A stretch of DNA of 64,000 nucleotides from an uncultured Spirochaetota bacterium (GTDB lineage Bacteria; Spirochaetota; UBA4802; UBA5550), in contig CAWHAA010000005.1 in assembly GCA_963827275.1 (NCBI GenBank), positions 288,001 to 352,000 on the forward strand, in the 5' to 3' direction. The position numbers were made by a program, and so were the translations under genes. Under the pieces are notes generated by a model. The model worked only from the letters and a program-made list of their open reading frames with translations. It was not told where the DNA came from and made no database searches. Below are positions 22,115 through 32,099 of this stretch, piece after piece; position 1 is the first letter of the stretch, and every line of letters begins with the position of its first letter.

Positions 22115-22898
22115 ATGAAAAAAATAGTTTTCATTTTTGTTTCAACTATTCTATTATGGGGATGTGCAACAAGTGGTTATGTACAATTTTATAAACCATA
22201 TATTAATCCAAAAGATAATCCTGATTATGAGCAATTAAAATATGGTGAACGACCTATAATCTATAAATCCAATGCTCTGATAAAAGATGTAAATTTTCTT
22301 CTTTCAAAAGGTTATGCTGTTATTGGTGAATCAAATTTCAATGGAGTATATGAAAATATTCAAAATGCGATAGATCAGGCAAGGGATGTAGGAGCAACCT
22401 GTGTTATAGTAAAAGCAAATTATTCTGTATACGCAAACACGGTCTTGGACAGAAGCCGTTCCAGATTTTAGTACAACATACCATTCAGGGAATATTTCTA
22501 CTGGGCGTTCAAATGCTTATTATAATGGCAGAAGTACCACATATGGCACAAAATACGTAGAACAAACCGCACGTGTTGATCGTTATGATCAAAATGCAGT
22601 TTATCTAGTTAAATCAAATAAAAAACTCAGAATCGGTATATATTTTAAGGATTTAACTCCAGAAAAACGTCTAGAAATTGGAAGAAATACAGGGGTATCG
22701 GTTAATGCTGTTGTGGAAAATTCACCTGCATTTCTTGCAAATGTTATGTCAGAGGATGTAATAACAGCAGTAGATTGGAAACCAGTAAATAATTGTGAAG
22801 AATTGAATAAAATTTTAGACCAACTAAAATCAGGAGTAACATTTACACTAATTCGAAATAAACAAACGAAAAATATTTTTATTAAATTTAATCAGTAG
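22115..22898 (+). pseudogene. PDZ-domain lipoprotein, frameshifted
   Basis: LWGC lipobox; C-terminal VENSPAFLANVMSEDVITAVD is PDZ-like and lies in another frame. Confidence 0.65.
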
Positions 22899-22976
22899 CT
22901 GAAACAACTTACTGATTTTTATATTTTACTTTCTAGGAATCTGCCCACTCATCGGTGCCGGCCGAGGGGACACAAA

Positions 22977-23053
22977 GCATTTTATCAGCAATTACTTCCT
23001 CTTAAATTAAGCCCCCTCCGGCAGAAAAAGCGCTGAACAGAGGCTTAAAATTT
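22977..23053 (+). repeat. ~75-bp hairpin-forming repeat, copy 3
   Basis: See copy 1; overlaps the stop of the Lgt-like gene. Confidence 0.8.
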
Positions 23054-23797
23054 TTTCAACAATACCCATTTATTTGCTTTATTAAAAATAATTGTCATAA
23101 TACAAGTTAATATGATTATTAAAGATATTTCTTGTGATGGTGAATAAAAGTCAGTGAAAAGACGTCCTCTATTATCACCTCTTTTAAATTCAATAAAAAA
23201 CCTAAATACAGAGTAGCATAATAAATATATAATTAATCTATTTTTTTTAATAAATTTCTGAAAAATAAGTGTTAATGTTAAAAGAAATATTATTTCAATC
23301 TCTCTTATTGGAAAACGAACAAATAATACAGATAAAACAGTAGTGTTACATATATTACCATAACAGCAACCACCGAGTAGGCATCCTATACGACCAATTG
23401 AATGAAATAAAGTAATTGAAGGAACTATTTCATTTATATATATGTATGTATTATATCCAGATAATTCAAGAATTATATAAAAAGTAATGATAAAAACAAT
23501 TAAGCCAAAATAAAATGTATACCCAGCATATATTATTTTTTGAAAAATATTAAATTTATCAAATTCTGAATAAATATACCAGTTTCCAATATTAGAGAAA
23601 GCTATTCCAACAAGAAACGATAATCCAATATAAATAATAGTATCTTCTTTTCGATATTTAGAATCTCCAATATTTTTAGAATTATAGAAATATAAAATTG
23701 ATGACGCTATCAAACCTATAGCAACCATAATATTAAATATTGGAATATTACCAAAATAAATTAATGGATGTAGTTCAATCATTTTAAAATCATCCAC
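23045..23797 (-). CDS. prolipoprotein diacylglyceryl transferase (Lgt)-family protein, divergent
   Basis: GRIGCLLGGCCYG, RFFIEFKRGD, SPSQ; multiple hydrophobic segments. Confidence 0.8.
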   Translation of the reverse strand: MDDFKMIELHPLIYFGNIPIFNIMVAIGLIASSILYFYNSKNIGDSKYRKEDTIIYIGLSFLVGIAFSNIGNWYIYSEFDKFNIFQKIIYAGYTFYFGLIVFIITFYIILELSGYNTYIYINEIVPSITLFHSIGRIGCLLGGCCYGNICNTTVLSVLFVRFPIREIEIIFLLTLTLIFQKFIKKNRLIIYLLCYSVFRFFIEFKRGDNRGRLFTDFYSPSQEISLIIILTCIMTIIFNKANKWVLLKKF

Positions 23798-23822
23798 GGG
23801 TGGAATTTATTCCACCCGTGGA
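23793..23822. repeat. perfect 14-bp-arm palindrome
   Basis: TCCACGGGTGGAAT-TT-ATTCCACCCGTGGA. Confidence 0.8.
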
Positions 23823-23839
23823 ACATCTCAAAAATATCA

Positions 23840-24217
23840 TTAGGCCTGCACTTCTTCTTTTTTTTGTGCAAAAGCTATAATTCCACCAATTAAAAATAGA
23901 ACTAAAGCTATTAATGAAAAGAAATTAAAAGTAACAAGGGTAATTCCAGATAATAAAGCTGCCACTAATAAACCCACTCCTGCAATGACTGGATTTCTTT
24001 TCCCAAAAAGACAACATACAAATCCAATTAATGCTGAAATTAAACCTATTGCCATAAATGTATTGCCGGTTTCTTGAACGGCAGCTCCGCTATTACCTGA
24101 AATTGAATCAAGACCAACCGCACAAGCACCTGCACACAAAGCTCCCGGAAGTTGCATTACAGCACCAATGACACCCATGATCATTGGAACCATTGAAGTA
24201 CCTCTTTTCTTTGCCAT
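23840..24217 (-). CDS. small membrane protein (DUF4064-like)
   Basis: Four Gly/Ala-rich hydrophobic segments; AAGGAG RBS. Confidence 0.7.
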   Translation of the reverse strand: MAKKRGTSMVPMIMGVIGAVMQLPGALCAGACAVGLDSISGNSGAAVQETGNTFMAIGLISALIGFVCCLFGKRNPVIAGVGLLVAALLSGITLVTFNFFSLIALVLFLIGGIIAFAQKKEEVQA

Positions 24218-24267
24218 TAAGAATCTCCTTTTAAAAATATAATTACAGGCTTTATTTTAATTGAAAG

Positions 24268-24981
24268 TTATTTATCTTTTTTCTTAACTGAAATAAATTT
24301 TAATGTAAAAACTGGATCATCTACAAAACCTTCCTCCATTAAGCTTTGCTCATTAAATCCTCTTTTTGAATCAGAAATGAAAGCCGCAGTAAATAGAACA
24401 TTATCTCCTTTATTTAGTTTTTCAACGTCTTTATATACTGATGAATTAAGAGGTATCATGCTATATGTTAGCATATCACTAAGCTCATTATTCCATGTTG
24501 CATAAGTTATTTCTTTATCATCAAATTCACTTTCAATTTTTATATAAAGTTTTTGCCCACCTTCGTTAGTCCCAATGTCTGTTAGTTGACCTTCCCAATT
24601 CACCACCCTTCCATTACCAAGATAACTTCTTAGAAATGAAACCATTTCACGATATACTGCTGATTTTTTTAATTCATTATCTTGCTCGGCATACTTTATT
24701 TTAAATTCTTTAAGTTTAGCATGAAATTTAATCTGATCTGGTTTTCCAATTTCCTTTGGTTCTGTATTTTCAGATGTTATTTTATCATCTGAATTACCTG
24801 AGGTACTAGATGATTCATTTTCACCAATATTTGCAATAATTCCAATTAAAATAATTGTAACGATAATATTGAGAAAATATGATAATCCTTTCTTCACATC
24901 TGTCGATTTGTAGATCAAATAAAAACCATAAAAAGGTATAAGATACTTCCAATTAAAACCTTTTGTTTCCTGATCTGTCAT
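24268..24981 (-). CDS. membrane-anchored hypothetical protein
   Basis: N-terminal TM segments and Ser-rich linker; AGGAGG RBS. Confidence 0.7.
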   Translation of the reverse strand: MTDQETKGFNWKYLIPFYGFYLIYKSTDVKKGLSYFLNIIVTIILIGIIANIGENESSSTSGNSDDKITSENTEPKEIGKPDQIKFHAKLKEFKIKYAEQDNELKKSAVYREMVSFLRSYLGNGRVVNWEGQLTDIGTNEGGQKLYIKIESEFDDKEITYATWNNELSDMLTYSMIPLNSSVYKDVEKLNKGDNVLFTAAFISDSKRGFNEQSLMEEGFVDDPVFTLKFISVKKKDK

Positions 24982-25475
24982 TTGAGCCTCCTTGTAATAT
25001 TAATATTTGCCATTTATAAAAATCATACCTATTTAAATACAGTACTTCAACGTACGAATGGTTATCTGTTTCAATTTGCTATATCATAAAGTTACTGGCT
25101 CCTGTTAGAGCTCTGGAAACGGGAGGAGGTATATTACTTCCTGATGTTGCCCACTTTATCTGATTTATTTTAACAGAAAATTTTATAATCGGACTTAGAC
25201 CAATGTTTTTTCCGGATCCATACTTTCTCGGGATCGGCCAATTGCATTCTTTCACATCCCCCGGATGGAATTATTATTAAAATTTGTATGTATTATTCAG
25301 ACTATTGTCAAGTAATTTATAACAATATTTTCCATTGAAGATGGGAACGTTGAATAATTTCCTTCTAGAATATAATCTGTTAATCTTGAATATCTAGGTT
25401 GTTATGATTGCCTCACGAGCTTGATACTGTGTTGCAAGAATCGGGTGATGACCTATTCAGTTTCTGTGGCCTTAA

Positions 25476-25724
25476 TTACTGTATGGTGACGTCACCCTGA
25501 GTTAAACGAATTATCTCTTTTTGAACATTAGCTTTTAAATCATCACTACTTTTTTTTAGATTCTTGATTGTGATATAATAAGCCAACAATCGCTCAATTG
25601 GGATAGACCAATCTGCAAAATCGTTTATATCCTTGATAAAAGACTCATATAGCTTTATCCTCTTTTCTTTAAAGCTTGAAAACAATGCCAAGATCTCAAT
25701 ATTTGAAAAAGCTTTTTCTTCCAT
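25476..25724 (-). CDS. hypothetical protein
   Basis: 82-aa ORF with GGAGG RBS. Confidence 0.6.
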   Translation of the reverse strand: MEEKAFSNIEILALFSSFKEKRIKLYESFIKDINDFADWSIPIERLLAYYITIKNLKKSSDDLKANVQKEIIRLTQGDVTIQ

Positions 25725-25820
25725 AAATAACCTCCATGATTAACTACTATAGGTGTATACGAATGAGAAGTCAAAATGACATAAAATATTTTTAAAAATT
25801 AAATTATTTTAAGAATAAAT

Positions 25821-26545
25821 TTACTTTTTGTTTATGGCAATTAAATCCCATAGCCTTTTAGCTATTTCTTGTCCTAGTGCTTCAATCGATTTCTTCGACA
25901 TATCGACCGTCATTTCTCCTACTGATTCATCTGGTTCTTGACCGTTATCTGCTTTCATCAGTTGATCAATAATAGAAAAGTTATCATCAGAGAAATCAAT
26001 CCTGATGGTGTCGGGGAGGGCATTAAATGCTTCTAATATCTTGGAGTTGTTGTATTTGTTACATACTCTTGCTGGTAGAGCCATGTCTTCCCTGTAGTGC
26101 TTCATGTAAACATCTCGTTTCAATAAAAGATAATTAGGTGTACTTTTTTCAATAACATCGTCGTGATTATAAAAAGCCCATCTTCCTGTATTGTAAAATG
26201 CTTGGGGTCTTTTGGTATTATTCCAATACACTCCAATTGAAACTCATAGTCATAGAGGATCGTACAAATGCCGTTGCACTTATCTCTGTTCTCACATACA
26301 ACTATGGATATAAATTTATTGATATCGACAACCGATTCACCATCAATCTCCAATAATGTTCCTCTTAAATTATAGACCAGCTTAATTATTCTTAAAAATG
26401 ACCTGTTGCATTCATAAGCTAAAATGGATATGGCGTTTCCTGTTTCCGTATATGTTTTTGGAAAATTTATCTTTGCTAACTGGATAGCCTCAGGAAGCTT
26501 TACGGACTTACTTTTTGAATTGAATGTTAATCTATATGTAATCAT
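25821..26545 (-). CDS. hypothetical Cys-containing protein, probably one frameshifted gene
   Basis: Overlapping ORFs 26120-26545 (has AAGGAG RBS) and 25821-26231. Confidence 0.45.
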
Positions 26546-26577
26546 AGGAATCTCCTTAAAATAATAGTCGTGAATAT

Positions 26578-27216
26578 TTATTGCTTAGCCCATCGATTCA
26601 CTTTTCTTTGGTTCTGATAAATACAGGAACCCCATGAAATATAACCGGACATCTTATTTAGCTTGTCGTGATTTGATCTGTATACCAGAAGCCAGTATTC
26701 CTCATCATCAACAGATGTTTCTCTATTCTTGCCTTGATTGAATTTTTTTCTGGCATTTGCAATAAGATGACCCCAGCCATAATTAGCTCTTCTTTCATTT
26801 TTATAACTCATTGGAATCCTTTTTGTTATATCCACCGCCTGTTCAATAGCCTTGAATTTCCATACCAAACAGGGGAAAATATCCCGAGAGAAATCATCGA
26901 GATTAACCTTCTCACAATTGGAATATTCACAAATACCCCAAAGATATACGGGGTCATAACGCTTATGTAATTTCATTATCTGGTAAGCAATTAATGCATC
27001 CCACTCGCCATTACTTTCGCCAGTATCTGGATGATCATTGAAACGATATCTTATCTTATTGATAGCCCGATTACAGCATTTAACCCACGTATACATTCCT
27101 ACAGGGTCAAAGGTTTCATTATGGCCGTAGTTATAATCTCTTTTCCTATTTCTAATTCGATCCAATAGATTCCGTATCCACCAAGGTGAGAACTCAGAGA
27201 CTTTCATTGTATTCAT
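26578..27216 (-). CDS. basic, Trp-rich hypothetical protein coupled to the transposase operon
   Basis: GGAGG RBS; ATGA overlap with the upstream ORF stop; 212 aa. Confidence 0.7.
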   Translation of the reverse strand: MNTMKVSEFSPWWIRNLLDRIRNRKRDYNYGHNETFDPVGMYTWVKCCNRAINKIRYRFNDHPDTGESNGEWDALIAYQIMKLHKRYDPVYLWGICEYSNCEKVNLDDFSRDIFPCLVWKFKAIEQAVDITKRIPMSYKNERRANYGWGHLIANARKKFNQGKNRETSVDDEEYWLLVYRSNHDKLNKMSGYISWGSCIYQNQRKVNRWAKQ

Positions 27217-27509
27217 TTCTTTAACCTCCGTAATGAGTATCCTTGCACCTTCCCACGTTGCTCGATGATTGTTGCACATAATTCAATTATTTCATGCTCA
27301 CTCAAATGACGGCATAGATACTTCAGGTCTTTATCTACGAGATAAAAGTTATCAAGAGTGAAGCGGTTAGCCTTTTTATGCGGATCTCGCAACTCCACTT
27401 CGCAATTCAATGGGGTTAATTCTCTACTTGTCAAAGCACAGCACCTCCCTTGTTGTTCTAATAATTGCCAGAAATGTTCAGCGGTGAATTTAAAGGCTTC
27501 ATCTGTCAT
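27213..27509 (-). CDS. small degenerate HNH-like protein
   Basis: LLEQQGRCCALTSREL...DNFYLV pattern; start overlaps the transposase 3' end. Confidence 0.6.
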   Translation of the reverse strand: MTDEAFKFTAEHFWQLLEQQGRCCALTSRELTPLNCEVELRDPHKKANRFTLDNFYLVDKDLKYLCRHLSEHEIIELCATIIEQRGKVQGYSLRRLKK

Positions 27510-29238
27510 ACCCTTTCTCCTTTATTATTTTTTTCCGTTTATCTTTTGACATACCATATTTTGGTTGTCTGGGTTTCTTGGGTGCTTCTACTTGTTTTAT
27601 AAACTTGGTGATATCTGATAGTTCAGATAGTTCGTTCTTGTCGTAGGTGTAGAGGATATCGGGCAAAATCGGAATAAGCCTTTTCAGTTGATAATTAACA
27701 TCCCCCTTACCTTTCTTATTAACTTCCACGACATCTGCAATACCAAGCATTGCCCATATACGAACCACTCGAAGTGCTTTCTTTTTATTTATAGTTCCAG
27801 CATTGCATACGGTATTTAACGAGCGATGTTCACGATCAGCCAGAAATGAAAATAATCTGTGGGCTAAAGAATTGTATTCAGACTCACTCTGTCTTCTTTC
27901 TCTATTTTCCTCATCCCAATAGAACAGGTAATCCTCAACCGCCTGTTTGAGGGGATAATATTCATTCCGGTCTAATATGAATTTTAATCTTTTGGGGATT
28001 TGTTTTCTGGTCTTACTGAAGATCCCATGAACACGATTATCAGGTGTTGGAAGGTTATAAAGACATTCATTGATTTTTGCTTTTAAAGACCATTTTTCAG
28101 TTTTATCTGGTGACTTGTCCGTGCATATAGCTCTCTCACTATCCCCACACAGCTCCCCTACCCTCATCTCAACCAACCGATCCATCCCAAACAACCTCAA
28201 CCCCTTCAAGGCACACCACTCATCCAGATACAGTTGAGAATACTCTGGCCTGATATACCCATACCCAGCCAGAAAGGAATGCTTCAATACACGTTGGAAC
28301 CCTTCTGCCGTCTGACTATGGACTCCCTTACAGCTCCATCTCTCTCTACTCCAGACATTCCTCTTCAAATCCTTTGCCCGTTTCGAGTGGTTTACTGACC
28401 GATGATTGTCATTATATCGCTTCAACCACGGATAACCGGCATCAGAAAATATCGGAGCATGCTCAGGCAAGAAATCCAGTAAGGGCATAATCGTTCTTTG
28501 TCTTTGATCAGGAATAGAATCAAATATGACTGGCCCTTTCTTTATCCCAATCGTGGAAACCAATGTCCCGATCTGGTACTTACCCTTCTCCAGAGCCACA
28601 GAATCGGACAGGTAGATGCTGGAGGTCTGGCCGTTGTGCTTGTACCGTGCTCTGTAGCCATTAGAGCCTTTTCTAGCTGAAAACAGGGCAACTGTATCCA
28701 TTGATACTACCGGTTTGCTCTGGATTAATCCTGAGAGGTCTGAAGCGGTATCCTTGGGGAATCTAAAGCCTTCTGGGAACTCCTTCTGGATCTCCTCTGT
28801 CATGATCTGTTTAATAACGGGGATAAACTCCCTCAGGAATAACTGTAACCGCCTCTTGAGTAAGGTGGCGGTGTTGTTGGAACATTGGAGTCTTCTTTGT
28901 ATACTTGAGGCTGTCAGGACTTGAGGATGGATGTTGAGAGCTTCTGTTAGGATATATGAGAATGTCCAGAGCGGAAGTCTGAGATTGTGCAATGGGGTTT
29001 GGGAAGTACGTGATCCTTGGTAATAGCACTGGGGACAACGGATTGCATTTTCTCTGGTCGCTATTTCATTAGTAAGTCTTGTTTGGCAATGGGGACAGTA
29101 CTTGGGATAAGTGGAGTTAAGGATCTGTTTGGTTAGTTGGGTGTAATATTGGATGTTGATCTGGGGGAATCTTGTTGAGAATTGGGTCTTGGCATTTTGG
29201 TGAAAATGTATAGGTTGTGGGGAGTGTGAAGGAGAGAT
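27499..29238 (-). CDS. IS1595-like DDE transposase, right copy: open frame with zinc ribbon, DDE core and ~208-aa C-terminal extension, but no native start
   Basis: Manual translation is open from 29238 (ISPSHSPQ...YCPHCQ...RCPQCY) into the 497-aa ORF; no ATG/GTG/TTG upstream of 28992 before a stop in antisense comM. Confidence 0.88.
   Translation of the reverse strand: MSPSHSPQPIHFHQNAKTQFSTRFPQINIQYYTQLTKQILNSTYPKYCPHCQTRLTNEIATRENAIRCPQCYYQGSRTSQTPLHNLRLPLWTFSYILTEALNIHPQVLTASSIQRRLQCSNNTATLLKRRLQLFLREFIPVIKQIMTEEIQKEFPEGFRFPKDTASDLSGLIQSKPVVSMDTVALFSARKGSNGYRARYKHNGQTSSIYLSDSVALEKGKYQIGTLVSTIGIKKGPVIFDSIPDQRQRTIMPLLDFLPEHAPIFSDAGYPWLKRYNDNHRSVNHSKRAKDLKRNVWSRERWSCKGVHSQTAEGFQRVLKHSFLAGYGYIRPEYSQLYLDEWCALKGLRLFGMDRLVEMRVGELCGDSERAICTDKSPDKTEKWSLKAKINECLYNLPTPDNRVHGIFSKTRKQIPKRLKFILDRNEYYPLKQAVEDYLFYWDEENRERRQSESEYNSLAHRLFSFLADREHRSLNTVCNAGTINKKKALRVVRIWAMLGIADVVEVNKKGKGDVNYQLKRLIPILPDILYTYDKNELSELSDITKFIKQVEAPKKPRQPKYGMSKDKRKKIIKEKGYDR
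28127..29238. repeat. right terminal direct repeat (1112 bp)
   Basis: Copy of 979-2091. Confidence 0.93.
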
Positions 29239-29717
29239 GCCGGTGCGGCTACCTCTTCGACAAGGAGATCCCCTGCGTGTGCCCGCCGTACCAGGTCAAG
29301 GGCCATTTCCAGAAGATATCGGGCCCGATACTCGACCGGATCGACATCGAGGTGCTGGTCGGACGCGTACCATACCATGACCTGATGTCCGGCGGGTCGT
29401 ATGAAGGTTCGGCGGCCATCAAGGAACGGGTCATGGCCGCCCGCGAGATACAGGAACAGCGCTTCAAGGCAAGCCCGACCAGGTACAACGCGCGCATGAC
29501 CCAGGAGGAGATCAAGAAGCACTGCCGGTTCACGCCGGAAGCCGAGGAGGTGCTTGCCCTTGCCGTGAAGCGGACAAATCTCACCGCCCGCTCTTTTTTC
29601 AAGATCCTGAAAACCTGTCGCACCATTGCGGACCTGGGCGGAGCGGAAATGATCCAGAAGGGGCACATTCTTGAGGCGCTCTCATATAAGAATTTGCAGA
29701 GAAATTACGATGTATGA
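29239..29717 (+). pseudogene. comM: comM/YifB, 3' part (begins with the right TSD copy)
   Basis: CRCGYL, KISGPILDRIDI, SAAIKERVMAAREIQ, ARSFFKILKTCRTIADL, HILEALSY. Confidence 0.95.
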
Positions 29718-29879
29718 CCGGGTATGCCGGCAGCGTCCATGAAAAATAAAAAATCAGCCCGCAGAGAGACCGGCAGTTGATATTATTCGAATCCTGATGT
29801 ATATTGGGTGTACCATTATCTGCAGGAAAGAAAATTGCGGCTGGAACGAGAAAAAAGGAAAGATATCGAGGAGCAAGCC

Positions 29880-30092
29880 CGTTCTTGTTTTTTTGATGAC
29901 GGCGACAGGATAGAGGTCATGACCGAAGACGCGCCGGCACGGTTCCTGCTTATTTCGGGAAAACCGATCGGAGAGCCGGTCGCATGGAGCGGGCCGATTG
30001 TCATGAACACGCAGGAAGAGCCCAGGATTGCTTTCGAAGAATATCGGAACGGGACTTTTATCAGGCATGGACCTCCGGAATTGTTCTTGTAA
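29880..30092 (+). pseudogene. pirin C-terminal fragment
   Basis: RFLLISGKPIGEPVAWSGPIVMNT; N-terminal cupin domain absent. Confidence 0.7.
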
Positions 30093-30270
30093 TTATTCAA
30101 GCGTCACGATACCATAGACGCATGGCGATAATCAGCATCAGCGCGGAACACCCGGCAACCACGGGTTGGCAGTGCGCGGAGCGGCGTCACCGATGCGCAT
30201 ACGGCCCGTTATATTAAACAGAGAGAGCGGGATGCCGGCAGCCCCGCCAGGACAGGGAAGGAGATACACC

Positions 30271-30516
30271 ATGGCAATCGAAGAAGATCTGAACCTGCAT
30301 AAAATTATGATCCAGACCGTGGACAAGCAGATCAGCGACAATGATCCGCCCGCCGCGCGGGAGGCCTTCGAGCGGCTGGTCAAAAACGGGCATGACAGGG
30401 AAACCGCGAAAGAGATGATAGCGTCGATTATAGCGGAAGAGATATACGTGATGATGAAAAACGACAAAAAGCTGGACCTTGAAAACTATATCGAACGTCT
30501 TGAAAAGCTGCAATGA
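30271..30516 (+). CDS. hypothetical protein
   Basis: AAGGAG RBS; host-like codon usage. Confidence 0.7.
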   Translation: MAIEEDLNLHKIMIQTVDKQISDNDPPAAREAFERLVKNGHDRETAKEMIASIIAEEIYVMMKNDKKLDLENYIERLEKLQ

Positions 30517-30569
30517 TACCGCCGGTGCAGCCGCGCGGCGGGCTGCCTGCCGTTACCGGGAACAGGTAA

Positions 30570-31535
30570 TCATCCCGCCCTGTAACGCACGCACCGGACC
30601 GCACGGTTCTTCTTCGCAAGGAGCTCCACCGGCGCCTGCGTGCACCGGCCGATCCCTATATCACATCTGGGGAAAAAAACGCATTCTTTCGGCCGGGCCG
30701 ACATGGAGGGCACCATGCCCGGGATGGTCCGGAGCGTCTTCCGGTTCTCCCCGATCCGGGGGATCGCGCTGAAGAGCCCCTTCGTATAGGGGTGCCCCGG
30801 GCTTTTGAATATGTCCGCCGTTTTCCCGTATTCCACGATTTCGCCCGCGTACATGATGGCGATTTCATCCGCGATGTTCGCCACGATCCCGAGGTCATGC
30901 GTGATGAGCAGGAGGGACATCTTCCGCTCTTCCTGTATCTTCATGAGCAGGTCCAGTATCTGGGCCTGGATGGTCACATCCAGCGCCGTGGTGGGCTCGT
31001 CGGCGATGAGGATCGACGGCGACGTTGACAGCGCCATCGCGATCATGGCGCGCTGGCGCATGCCGCCGGAAAGCTCGTGGGGATACGAGTTGAGACGCCG
31101 CGACGGATCGGGGATGCCCACGCTGTTCAGGAGCCCCGCAGCGTACTCCTTCGCTTCGCGGGCGGGCATGGCAAGGTGGAGGGTGATGCTCTCCATGATC
31201 TGGTACCCGATGGTGAAGACAGGGTTCAGCGAGGTCATCGGCTCCTGGAAGATCATGGCGATCTCCTTTCCCCGGACCTTCCTGATCTCCCCGTCGTCCA
31301 TCAGGGCAATGTCCCGTCCCCGGTAGAGGATGCTGCCGGATTCAATGCGCCCCGGCGGCGGGACGAGCCTCAGCAGCGAATAGGCGGTGACCGATTTTCC
31401 GCACCCGGACTCACCCACGAACCCGAGGGTGCGGCCCTTCTGGAGCGTGAAAGAGACGTCGCGCACCGCGAGGACGTCTCCCCCGGAAAGGGGGAACCGC
31501 ACATTGAGGTTGTTCACTTCAAGAATCGGCTGCAT
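30570..31535 (-). CDS. oligopeptide/dipeptide ABC transporter ATP-binding protein (OppD/DppD-like)
   Basis: GESGCGKS, FQEPMTSLNP, LSGGMRQR, DEPTTALD, HPYT. Confidence 0.93.
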   Translation of the reverse strand: MQPILEVNNLNVRFPLSGGDVLAVRDVSFTLQKGRTLGFVGESGCGKSVTAYSLLRLVPPPGRIESGSILYRGRDIALMDDGEIRKVRGKEIAMIFQEPMTSLNPVFTIGYQIMESITLHLAMPAREAKEYAAGLLNSVGIPDPSRRLNSYPHELSGGMRQRAMIAMALSTSPSILIADEPTTALDVTIQAQILDLLMKIQEERKMSLLLITHDLGIVANIADEIAIMYAGEIVEYGKTADIFKSPGHPYTKGLFSAIPRIGENRKTLRTIPGMVPSMSARPKECVFFPRCDIGIGRCTQAPVELLAKKNRAVRCVRYRAG

Positions 31536-31543
31536 GGAGCACC

Positions 31544-31825
31544 TCACGTGATATTCCTGCTCCGCCTCGTGACCTCGAACCCTTCGGCCGTGAGCCGGTC
31601 ATAGAGCGAATCACGGTCGACATTCTTCAGAAGGCATTTATACAGCACCGCGTCCCGGTATCCTATCAGCTCGACGCGGTCGATATGCACCACCTGCAGC
31701 TTGCCCGGCTCCACCTGCTCGGCCCGCTTTTCACTGGTTTCGCTGAACGATATTTTCTGTATGGAATGGCCCCTCAGGGTTTCGAGGAACGACTCCAGGG
31801 TATCATAGACAATTTCTCTCTGCAT
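31544..31825 (-). CDS. hypothetical protein
   Basis: 93-aa ORF with GGAG RBS, directly upstream of the ABC ATPase. Confidence 0.65.
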   Translation of the reverse strand: MQREIVYDTLESFLETLRGHSIQKISFSETSEKRAEQVEPGKLQVVHIDRVELIGYRDAVLYKCLLKNVDRDSLYDRLTAEGFEVTRRSRNIT

Positions 31826-32099
31826 CGCAATCTCCGGACATATGTCACGGCCGCAGCAACGGCCGGATATGGTAGGCTATCCAACAGGGATTATCCTGTC
31901 AAGATTTTACTTGGTTTACCCCCGTCCGCAACGTCATCGCAGGGATCATACCACATTTTTTATATTTCCCTGTCCCCCGAGCGGCTGGGGGGCTCCTGGC
32001 GCCATGACAGGTTCTGCTTCACAATTCCCCGAAAAGATATTGACTCGTATCCAACAAATAATCCACCGTATTTTCACACAAAACCGGAGCAGCACTATA

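Larger units (their letters stand above)
979..29238. mobile_element. ~28.3-kb comM-inserted island with ~1.1-kb terminal direct repeats derived from an IS1595-like transposase gene
   Basis: GCCGGTGC at 971-978 and 29239-29246. Removing 979-29246 restores comM in frame (NPCRCGYL). The interior is much more AT-rich than the flanks. Confidence 0.93.
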
